Shown in pieces: positions 50,990-60,199 of a stretch of 64,000 bases of DNA; the stretch's first letter is position 1, and the number at the start of each line of letters is the position of its first letter. Position numbers and translations under genes: made by a program. Source of the DNA: Mobula hypostoma (Eukaryota); NCBI RefSeq assembly GCF_963921235.1, contig NC_086108.1:3596001-3660000 (forward strand). Reading direction: 5' to 3'. The notes beneath the pieces were generated by a model that was given only the letters and a program-made list of their open reading frames with translations, was not told the DNA's origin and searched no databases.

Positions 50990-51456
50990 GGTCTGTCCGC
51001 CAGAGAAAGCAGGATCTCCCAGTGGCCACACATTTTAATTCCACGTCCCATTCCCATTCTGATATGTCTGTCCACGGCCTCCTCTACTGTAAAAATGAAG
51101 CCACACTCAGGTTGGAGGAACAATATCTCATATTCCGTCTGGGTAGCCTCCAACCTGATGGCATGAACATCGACTTCTCTAACTTCCCTCCCCCATTTCT
51201 TTCTCCCTGGGCCTCCTGTCCCATGATCCTCTCATTTCCCTTTTGCCAATCACCTGTCCAGCTCTTGGCTCCATCCCTCCCCCTCCTGTCTTCTCCTATC
51301 ATTTTGGATCTCCCCTCCCCCTCCAACTTTCAAATCTCTTACTAACTCTTCCTTCAGTTAGTCCTGACAAAGGGTCCCGGCCCGAAACGTCATCTGCACC
51401 TCTTCCTAGAGATGCTGCCTGGCCTGCTGCGTTCACCAGCAACTTTGATGTGTGTT
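50990..51456 (+). mobile_element. Penelope-like 3' fragment, close relative of 43170-43822
   Basis: ATHFNSTSHSHSDMSVHGLLYC..EATLRLEEQ..LGSLQP, plus a mutated hammerhead at ~51360-51396. Confidence 0.82.
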
Positions 51457-52516
51457 ACTTAGAGGGCATGTGCTATCATGAGAGGCTGGATAAACTTGGG
51501 TTGTTTTCTCTGGCGTGTCAGAGGCTGAGGGGAGATCTGACAGAGGTTTACAAGATTATGAGAGGCATAGATCGAGTGGACAGAGAGTATCTGTTTCCCA
51601 GGGTTGACATGTCTAATACCAGAGGGTAGGCACTGAGGGTGAGAAGGGGTAGGTTCAAAAGGGATGTGAGGGGTAAGTTTTTTACTCAGAGAGTGGTACA
51701 TGCTGGTGGTGGGAGCAAATACATTCGAGGCTTTTAAGAGACATTTGGATGGGCACGTGGATGTGAGGAAGATGGAGGGATATGGACACGGTGTAGGTAG
51801 GAGGAATTAGTGTTTGGGTGTTTTTGATTTGCTTTTTAGCTGGTTTGGTACAACATTGTGGGCTGAATGGCCTCTTCCTGTGCTGTACTCTTCTTAGCAC
51901 GACCAGAGGTGGTTCTTTCACTCATATGCGGACTGTACCTTCTCTTTTTCTCGATATCACCCTGTGCATATGCTTTGTCCTTGGATTGTTTACGTTTATG
52001 TCTAATTGTTTTTACTTTGCGTTGCAGGTGTCTCATTTGGGATCATGGGGATTGTTAAACTCTCTTTGCGTTTATCACCTTCAATTAATTTAGGATAATT
52101 TAATTAGCATGCTCTTGCCGGCAAGTGCTTTCGTGGCCTTCAGCAACCGTTTGAAGCAAATGGTCCAGGGTTCAAATCCGGCCGGTTCCTTGCATGCTTG
52201 GACTCCTCGAAGAAGGAGTCTGAGAGTCTGAGTGGGAGTGCCGAGAAAGAGATTTTTGAAATTTTCGTTATTTTTTTTTCTCCAACGGCTTTCTGAGAGG
52301 CGGGACTGCGCAGGCGTGTGACGTCGGGCAGTGCAGCGCGGCAGATTTAAAAAGAACAAAGCCTCATAGAGCGGGCAGCGTAGTTTGCGGGCGGCGGAGT
52401 GAGCCGGGAGCAGAGTGAAGACTTAAGGGCTTCGGCTCAACGGGCTTAGGCGGAAGCGGGCGAGGCGAGGAAGGTTTGACATTCATTTTCTGTTGCTATT
52501 TGAGGAGAGGGGCATT

Positions 52517-53452
52517 ATGACTGTGAGGGCAGTTTGCTGTTCTCGGTGTCGGATGTGGGAGGCCCTGGAGTCTCCAAGCCTCCCGGACGTCTACATCTGC
52601 GCCAAGTGCATCGAGATGCAGCTCCTAAGGGACCGCGTTACGGAACTGGAGCTGCAGCTCGATGACCTTCGTCTGGTCAGGGAGAGCGAGGAGGTGATAG
52701 AGAGGAGTGGAAGGCAGGTGGTCACGCCGGGGCCACGGGAGGCAGACAAGTGGGTCACGGTTAGGAGAGGGAAGGGGAAAAGGCAGGTGATGAGGAGTAC
52801 CCCGGCGGCTGTGCCCCTTAACAACAGGTACTCCTGTTTGAGTACTGTTGGGGGGGACAGCTTACCCGGGGGAAGCGACAGTGGCCCTGCCTCCGGCACA
52901 GAGTCTGGCCCTGTAGCTCAGAAGGGTAGGGCAAGGAAGAGGAGGGCAGTTGTGATAGGGGACTCGATAGTAAGGGGGTCAGATAGGCGATTCTGTGGAC
53001 GCAGTCCAGAGACTCGGATGGTAGTTTGCCTCCCTGGTGCCAGGGTCCGGGATATTTCTGATCGTGTCCAAGATATCCTGGAGTGGGAGGGTGAAGAGCC
53101 AGAGGTCCTGGTACATATAGGTACCAATGACATAGGTAGGAAAAGGGATGAGGTCCTGAAAGAAGAATATAGGGAGCTAGGAAGGGAGTTGAGAAAAAGG
53201 ACCGCAAAGGTAGTAATCTCGGGATTACTGCCTGTGCCACGCGACAGTGAGAGTAGGAATGCGATGAGGTGGAGGATAAATGCGTGGCTGAGGGATTGGA
53301 GCAGGGGGCAGGGATTCAAGTTTTTGGATCATTGGGACCTCTTTTGGCGTAGGTGTGACCTGTACAAAAAGGACGGGTTACACTTAAATCCTAGGGGGAC
53401 CAATATCCTGGCAGGGAGATTAGCGGGGGCTACTGAGGTGACTTTAAACTAG
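52517..53452 (+). CDS. CR1 ORF1p: CxxC..CxxC Zn-finger-like domain, coiled coil, SGNH/GDSL esterase domain
   Basis: ATG at 52517. CSRCRMW...CAKC, LRDRVTELELQLDDL, VIGDSIVR, HIGTND, DGLH. Confidence 0.93.
   Translation: MTVRAVCCSRCRMWEALESPSLPDVYICAKCIEMQLLRDRVTELELQLDDLRLVRESEEVIERSGRQVVTPGPREADKWVTVRRGKGKRQVMRSTPAAVPLNNRYSCLSTVGGDSLPGGSDSGPASGTESGPVAQKGRARKRRAVVIGDSIVRGSDRRFCGRSPETRMVVCLPGARVRDISDRVQDILEWEGEEPEVLVHIGTNDIGRKRDEVLKEEYRELGRELRKRTAKVVISGLLPVPRDSESRNAMRWRINAWLRDWSRGQGFKFLDHWDLFWRRCDLYKKDGLHLNPRGTNILAGRLAGATEVTLN
53443..53452 (+). promoter_or_regulatory. Candidate -1 ribosomal frameshift site (U_UUA_AAC followed by UAG)
   Basis: X_XXY_YYZ heptamer in ORF1 phase directly before the ORF1 stop. 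The -1 frame is ORF2. Confidence 0.7.
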
Positions 53453-53457
53453 AATGG

Positions 53458-56457
53458 TTGGGGGGTGGGAATCAAATTAAAGCGGCTAGGTGTGAGGAGG
53501 TTAGTTCACAACAGAGGGATGGGAACCAGTGCAGAGAGACAGAGGGGTGTAAAGTGAGCGTAGAAGCAAAAAGTACAAAGGGGAAAAGTAAAAGTGGCAG
53601 GCCGACAAATCCAGGGCAAGCATTAAAAAGGGCTAAGAGAGTTGTAAAAGAGCGCCTGAAGGCTTTATGTGTCAATGCAAGGAGCATTCGTAATAAGGTG
53701 GATGAATTGAAAGTGCAGATTGTTATTAATGATTATGATATAGTTGGGATCACAGAGACATGGCTCCAGGGTGACCAGGGATGGGAGCTCAACGTTCAGG
53801 GATATTCAATATTCAGGAGGGATAGACATGAAGGAAGGGGAGGTGGGGTGGCGTTGCTGGTTAAAAAAGAGATTAACGCAATAGAAAGGAAGGACATAAG
53901 CCGGGAAGATGTGGAATCGATATGGGTAGAGCTGCGTAACACTAAGGGGCAGAAGACGCTGCTGGGAGTTGTGTACAGGCCACCTAACAGTAGTAGTGAG
54001 GTCGGAGATGGTATTAAACAGGAAATTAGAAATGTGTGCAATAAAGGAACAGCAGTTATAATGGGTGACTTCAATCTACATGTAGACTGGGTGAACCAAA
54101 TTGGTAAAGGTGCTGAGGAAGAGGATTTCTTGGAATGTATGCGGGATGGTTTTTTGAACCAACATGTCGAGGAACCGACTAGAGAGCAGGCTATTCTGGA
54201 CTGGGTTTTGAGCAATGAGGAAGGGTTAATTAGCGATCTTGTCGTGAGAGGCCCCTTGGGTAAGAGTGACCATAATATGGTGGAATTCTTCATTAACATG
54301 GAGAGTGACGTAGTTAATTCAGAAACAAAGGTTCTGAACTTAAAGAGGGGTAACTTTGAAGGTATGAGACATGAATTAGCTAAGATAGACTGGCAAATGA
54401 CACTTCAAGGATTGACGGTGGATATGCAATGGCAGGCATTTAAAGGTTGCATGGATGAACTACAACAATTGTTCATCCCAATTTGGCAAAAGAATAAATC
54501 AAGGAAGGTAGTGCACCCGTGGCTGACAAGAGAAATTAGGGATAGTATCAATTCCAAAGAAGTAGCATACAAATTAGCCAGAGAAAGTGGCTCACCTGAG
54601 GACTGGGAGAAATTCAGAGTTCAGCAGAGGAGGACAAAGGGCTTAATTAGGAAGGGGAAAAAAGATTATGAGAGAAAACTGGCAGAGAACATAAAAACGG
54701 ACTGTAAAAGCTTTTATAGATATGTAAAAAGGAAAAGACTGATAAAGACAAATGTAGGTCCCCTGCAAACAGAAACAGGTGAATTGATTATGGGGAGCAA
54801 GGACATGGCAGACCAATTGAATAATTACTTTGGTTCTGTCTTCACTAAGGAGGACATAAATAATCTTCCAGAAATAGTAAGGGACAGAGGGTCCAGTGAG
54901 ATGGAGGAACTGAGCGAAATACATGTTAGTAGGGAAGTGGTGTTAGGTAAATTGAAGGGATTGAAGGCAGATAAATCCCCAGGGCCAGATGGTCTGCATC
55001 CCAGAGTGCTTAAGGAAGTGGCCCAAGAAATAGTGGATGCATTAGTGATAATTTTTCAAAACTCGTTAGATTCTGGACTAGTTCCTGAGGATTGGAGGGT
55101 GGCTAATGTAACCCCACTTTTTAAAAAAGGAGGGAGAGAGAAACCGGGGAATTATAGGCCGGTTAGCCTAACGTCGGTGGTGGGGAAACTGCTGGAGTCA
55201 GTTATCAAGGATGTGATAACAGCACATTTGGAAAGCGGTGAAATGATCGGACAAAGTCAGCATGGATTTGTGAAAGGAAAATCATGTCTGACGAATCTCA
55301 TAGAATTTTTTGAGGATGTAACTAGTAGAGTGGATAGGGGAGAATCAGTGGATGTGGTATATTTGGATTTTCAAAAGGCTTTTGACAAGGTCCCACACAG
55401 GAGATTAGTGTGCAAACTTAAAGCACACGGTATTGGGGGTAAGGTATTGGTGTGGGTGGAGAATTGGTTAGCAGACAGGAAGCAAAGAGTGGGAATAAAC
55501 GGGACCTTTTCAGAATGGCAGGCGGTGACTAGTGGGGTACCGCAAGGCTCAGTGCTGGGACCCCAGTTGTTTACAATATATATTAATGACTTGGATGAGG
55601 GAATTAAATGCAGCATCTCCAAGTTTGCGGATGACACGAAGCTGGGTGGCAGTGTTAGCAGTGAGGAGGATGCTAAGAGGATGCAGGGTGACTTGGATAG
55701 GTTGGGTGAGTGGGCAAACTCATGGCAGATGCAATTTAATGTGGATAAATGTGAAGTTATCCACTTTGGTGGCAAAAATAGGAAAACAGATTATTATCTG
55801 AATGGTGGCCGATTAGGAAAAGGGGAGGTGCAACGAGACCTGGGTGTCATTATACACCAGTCATTGAAAGTGGGCATGCAGGTACAGCAGGCGGTGAAAA
55901 AGGCGAACGGTATGCTGGCATTTATAGCGAGAGGATTCGAGTACAGGAGCAGGGAGGTACTACTGCAGTTGTACAAGGCCTTGGTGAGACCACACCTGGA
56001 GTATTGTGTGCAGTTTTGGTCCCCTAATCTGAGGAAAGACATCCTTGCCATAGAGGGAGTACAAAGAAGGTTCACCAGATTGATTCCTGGGATGGCAGGT
56101 CTTTCATATGAAGAAAGACTGGATGAACTGGGCTTGTACTCATTGGAATTTAGAAGATTGAGGGGGGATCTGATTGAAACGTATAAGATCCTAAAGGGAT
56201 TGGACAGGCTAGATGCGGGAAGATTGTTCCCGATGTTGGGGAGGTCTAGAACGAGGGGTCACAGTTTGAGGATAGAGGGGAAGCCTTTTAGGACCGAGAT
56301 TAGGAAAAACTTCTTCACACAGAGAGTGGTGAATCTGTGGAATTCTCTGCCACAGCAAACTGTTGAGGCCAGTTCATTAGCTATGTTTAAAAGGAAGTTA
56401 GATATGGCCCTTGTGGCTACAGGGGTCACGGGGTATGGAGGGAAGGCTGGGTTCTGA
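53458..56457 (+). CDS. CR1 ORF2p: APE endonuclease + reverse transcriptase (no AUG start; see findings)
   Basis: VNARSI, GITETW, YRPP, MGDFN, LDWVL, SDH (APE); YRPVSLTS, LDFQKAFD, GVPQGSVLGP, KFADD (RT). 999 codons with no stop. Confidence 0.96.
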   Translation: MGGGNQIKAARCEEVSSQQRDGNQCRETEGCKVSVEAKSTKGKSKSGRPTNPGQALKRAKRVVKERLKALCVNARSIRNKVDELKVQIVINDYDIVGITETWLQGDQGWELNVQGYSIFRRDRHEGRGGGVALLVKKEINAIERKDISREDVESIWVELRNTKGQKTLLGVVYRPPNSSSEVGDGIKQEIRNVCNKGTAVIMGDFNLHVDWVNQIGKGAEEEDFLECMRDGFLNQHVEEPTREQAILDWVLSNEEGLISDLVVRGPLGKSDHNMVEFFINMESDVVNSETKVLNLKRGNFEGMRHELAKIDWQMTLQGLTVDMQWQAFKGCMDELQQLFIPIWQKNKSRKVVHPWLTREIRDSINSKEVAYKLARESGSPEDWEKFRVQQRRTKGLIRKGKKDYERKLAENIKTDCKSFYRYVKRKRLIKTNVGPLQTETGELIMGSKDMADQLNNYFGSVFTKEDINNLPEIVRDRGSSEMEELSEIHVSREVVLGKLKGLKADKSPGPDGLHPRVLKEVAQEIVDALVIIFQNSLDSGLVPEDWRVANVTPLFKKGGREKPGNYRPVSLTSVVGKLLESVIKDVITAHLESGEMIGQSQHGFVKGKSCLTNLIEFFEDVTSRVDRGESVDVVYLDFQKAFDKVPHRRLVCKLKAHGIGGKVLVWVENWLADRKQRVGINGTFSEWQAVTSGVPQGSVLGPQLFTIYINDLDEGIKCSISKFADDTKLGGSVSSEEDAKRMQGDLDRLGEWANSWQMQFNVDKCEVIHFGGKNRKTDYYLNGGRLGKGEVQRDLGVIIHQSLKVGMQVQQAVKKANGMLAFIARGFEYRSREVLLQLYKALVRPHLEYCVQFWSPNLRKDILAIEGVQRRFTRLIPGMAGLSYEERLDELGLYSLEFRRLRGDLIETYKILKGLDRLDAGRLFPMLGRSRTRGHSLRIEGKPFRTEIRKNFFTQRVVNLWNSLPQQTVEASSLAMFKRKLDMALVATGVTGYGGKAGF

Positions 56458-56874
56458 GTTGGATGATCAGCCATGATCATAATAAATGGCGGTGCAGGCT
56501 CGAAGGGCCGAATGGCCTACTCCTGCACCTATTTTCTATGTTTCTATGTTTCTATAATGTTAATCTCTGGAATTCCTACGTGCTCCAGTATGTATGCCAA
56601 GCCTCTTTGTTGGGTTGTTGTGCTTCTTTGTTGAGTGAAACTCAAACCAATTTCTTCTGTGTGTTGTTAAGCGATTTCAGTTCTTCAAGGTTATTGTTAA
56701 TTCATATAATAAATCTTTAGTTTCGCTTGAATCGCTGAAGACTCTGTCATTCCTACACTTGAGTTCACTAGTGATCCTCACAGTTGTGTGTTCTATCAGT
56801 CTGTGGAACTCTTTGCCACAGGCGGCTGTGGTAGCCAAGTCCTTCCGTATATCTAAGGCAGAGGTTGATAAATA

Positions 56875-57553
56875 AGAGAAGATGGCAACGCGACACAGTT
56901 CGCAGCGGCCACTCCGGTGAATAATATCTGTTATCTGTCAAGGAGGATGCCGTGCACAATTCTGATTTGATGGAGACAGACATGAGAGCATGGAGGAACA
57001 TCTGGTGAAACTTCTGAAATGCCTGCTTCGCTGCTGCTGTTACTGTGTGATCCAGAATCTCCGGAGGAGAAGGCCCCGAGTCCTCGGCTTTGCTTGTTGC
57101 TCAGCGGCTGGGACGAGGTCAAAGCGCTCCGCAGAGATGGTGCTCGGTGCTCGGTGTCGGAGGGCTGGTCGGAGGCTCGAAGTTTTCAGATGGACTCAGA
57201 GTCGGACTGTGGTCGGGTGCTTCCAGGATGCTGCATCGGCAAGTTTGTGGCGCTGGAAGCTCATGGCAGGGAGAGTTTCTCCCTTCTACCGTCTGCGTGA
57301 GATGATGGGGCTATCGGGACTTTGAGACTTTTTTTTACTGTGCCCATGGTCGGCTCTTTATCAAATTACAGTATTGCTTTGCACTGTTGTAACTGTATGT
57401 TATAATTATGTGGCTTTTGTCAGTTTTAGTCTTGGTCTGTCCTGTGTTTCTGTGATATCATACTGGAGGAACATTGTATCATTTCTTAATGCATGCATTT
57501 CTAAATGACAATAAATGAGGATTGAGTGTCCTCATAATCTAATCTAATCTAAT
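56875..57553 (+). mobile_element. Non-coding retroposon, copy 4, inserted in a CR1 3' fragment
   Basis: gagaagatggcaacg...cataatctaatctaatctaa. The host reads gcagaggttgata|ttcttgattggtcag across it. Confidence 0.85.
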
Positions 57554-58244
57554 TCTTGATTGGTCAGGGCATGAAGGGATACAGGGAGTAGGCAGGAGAT
57601 GGGAGCTGAGAGGGAAAATGGATCAGCCATGATGAAATGCAGAGCAGACTCAATGGGCCAAATGGCCTCATTCTGCTCCTATATCTTACGGTCATGGGCT
57701 TCTCATGGTTTACATTATCATTAGATAAACTTGCTAACATAGCAAAAATATGACATGCAAATCCTTAGCATATTTAAGGCTTAAAATATTCCTAATACCT
57801 GTGATGTGGGCCTCACTAAGATACAGTTACTTTGTGGCAACACTAAAGAAATATTCTGGAGTGGTTATGTAAGGTAGAAATGACCGTTTTTGTTCAGTAA
57901 ATAATTGCAGATTAAGTTCCCGGTAATCTCCCATGGGTTACGTTGGAGTGTTAATCCTTCAGTGTGTGAGCTGAATTCATTACGCTAGCCGGCGGGGATT
58001 AAAACAGGAAAACACTCTGTAAACACAAGAGATTCTGCAGATGCTGGAAATCTTGAGGAGGGCGCACTCACACAAACGCTGGAGGAACTCACCAGGTGCT
58101 GAGATGCATCGTAGGATGCGCTGGGACACTTCATTAGTAATGTAGGCTGGAGTCATCGAGTGTTTCAGGTCCTTCGGCATCCGACACCCTTGCCCAGGCA
58201 ACCCAGCCAGGGTTGATCAGGCCCTGGCTTGCATCTCAGGGCTG

Positions 58245-58525
58245 GCATGTAGCATAGTCATTAGCACAACATTTTTCAGTACAAGTGACCTGGGTTCAAT
58301 TCCCACTGCTTCCTGTAAGTTCTCCCCATGACCGCATAGGTTTCCTCCAAGTGCTCTGGTTTCCTCCCACAGTCCAAAGACGTACTGGTTGGTAGGTTAA
58401 CTGGTGACTGTAAATTGTCCTGTGGTTAGGCTGAGGTTAAGTCAGGGGTTTCTGGGAGGCACGCCTCGAAGGGCTGGAAGGGCCTGTTCTGTGCTGAATC
58501 ACAATCAATAAATAAATAAATAAAA
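58245..58525 (+). mobile_element. tRNA-derived V-SINE-like element
   Basis: gggttcaattcc B-box, ggtttcctccaagtgctctggtttcctcccac core, and a (TAAA)n tail. Confidence 0.75.
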
Positions 58526-58619
58526 ACAGATGAACAAAGAAAAAATAAATATTTGGATCGATAGAAAGATAGATAGATCAATAGAAAGATAGATAGATCG
58601 GTAAATAAGTAACAGCATT

Positions 58620-58909
58620 GGTCCACGGGTCACACCACGTGATCAATAGCCATCTGGAGGCTCACTCAGCAGCCTCTCTGACGATCCTGATGGCTCGTTC
58701 TTTGCAGCCCCCTGTAGTGCCAAGGAGAGGGTAGGTTCTGCAGAGCGAGCAGCCAACGAAACCTCCACACCCCATCTCTGTAGGCTCGTACCATGTCCTC
58801 CACCCTGTCTCTGGCACTGCTGTACCAGCTCCTGGGGTTTGCCTTTCTTATGCTTGAACACCACCTCAATCCGGTCTTCCCAAGGAACTCTCAGTTCTAC
58901 TATGACCAT
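58620..58909 (-). mobile_element. Fragment of an RLE-type non-LTR retrotransposon (Hero/NeSL/R4-like restriction-like endonuclease)
   Basis: VIVELRVPWEDRIE...K..K.QELV.QC.RQG, followed after a frameshift by an EMGCGGF-like motif. Typical RLE C-terminus. Confidence 0.7.
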
Positions 58910-59235
58910 CTACTTCGGCAGGCAGCACCTACGGAGGAAAATGAACAGCCGATGTTTCGGGCCAAGACCCTTAATCAGGTCATAGCTTTGTGTGTGTTGC
59001 CCTGGGAAAATACTCTCATTCAATTACCCTTGCACAAAAGAACAGAGCACGACATTCACAGAGGTGACCTCAGAGACAGTGCGGAAGATGCCCACAATGT
59101 TAGCCCAACTAATTAAGGTGATGACACCTAATCCTTTCTGCCAACACAATAAATTGATAAATTTATAAAATTGATAAAAGTTCACCAGCAACTTGTGTGT
59201 AAATTTATAAATTTGTTTATTTTTGTCACATGTAT

Positions 59236-59630
59236 TCATCATCATCATCATTCTGTGCCATGTTGTATGACATCATCATTGGGCTGTGTTGTATGACATC
59301 ATCATTCTGTGCCGTGATTGTTCTTGGCAATTTTTTCTACAGAATTGGTTTGCCATTGCCTTCTTCTGGGCAGTGTCTTTACAAGACGGGTGACCCCAGC
59401 CATTAATTATACTCTTCAGGGATTGATGTCAGTGGTCACATAACCAGGACTTGTGATATGTACCAGCTGCTCATACGACCATCCACCATCTGCTCCCGTA
59501 GCTTCATGTGACCCTGATCAGGGGGCTAAGCAGGTGCTACACCTTGCCCAAGGGTGACGTGCAGGCTAGCGGAGGGAAGGAGTGCCTTACACCTCCTTTG
59601 GTAGAGATGTATTTCCACCCCGCCACCCTG
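59236..59630 (-). mobile_element. RTE-tailed SINE (related copies at ~20290-20580 and ~27530-27690)
   Basis: Shared core cttctgggcagtgtctttacaagacgggtgacccc, with a (GAT)n tail on the minus strand. Confidence 0.65.
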
Positions 59631-60199
59631 ACATGAAATGGAGTAAAGGAACTTTGCTTTGTGTGACACCTGTCTGTAATATCAGTACACTGAGGTGGTA
59701 TAAGGTACAGAATACAGAATCTGGTGTTGTGGTCACGGAATGAGCCGTGCTGGTAGACAATAAGGCGCTAGCCCATAACTTGGTAGGCTGTGAGGCCATG
59801 TCCATATTATTGTAACAAACCATTCAATAGTCCAATAACGGTGGGAACCCCTCCCTCCTTCCCTTTCCTCTACTCCCCACTCCAAACTTTTATCTCTTCT
59901 CACCTGCCTATCACTTGTCCCTGGGTCCCCTCCTTCCCTTTCTCCTGTGATCCACTCTCCCCTCCTATCAGATTCTTTCCTCTCCAGCTCTTGATCAGCC
60001 ACGATGAAATGGTGGAGCACGCTCACTGGCCAAGTGGTCTATTTCTCCTCCTACATCTTATGGTCTAAAAGTAATCTCCTTTGAACTTTCCCCTCTCACC
60101 TTAAAGCTATGCCCTCAGATCACAAAGCACTCCAATGGGTGCTTTGAGAATGGCGCAGTACGTCATTGGATCTCAACTGCTGGACTTGGAGACAACTTA

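Larger units (their letters stand above)
52200..56556 (+). mobile_element. Full-length, apparently intact CR1-clade LINE
   Basis: CpG-rich 5' UTR, uninterrupted ORF1 and ORF2, short 3' UTR with a gggccgaatggcc hairpin, and an 8-bp (TTTCTATG)n tail at ~56533-56556. Confidence 0.97.

Noticed and set aside
52000..52093. Strong-looking splice acceptor (ctaat...tttttactttgcgttgcag|G)
   Set aside because: All three frames stop within ~70 nt, no recognisable protein, and no clear donor. RNA-seq would be needed to support an exon.
52135..52199. tRNA gene (ggttcaaatcc B-box)
   Set aside because: No cloverleaf; looks like a truncated SINE head.
53454..53480. ATG at 53454 as the ORF2 start
   Set aside because: It is out of frame with ORF2 (ATG GTT GGG GGG TGG GAA TCA AAT TAA). 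An indel in the G-run of this copy cannot be fully excluded without a family consensus.
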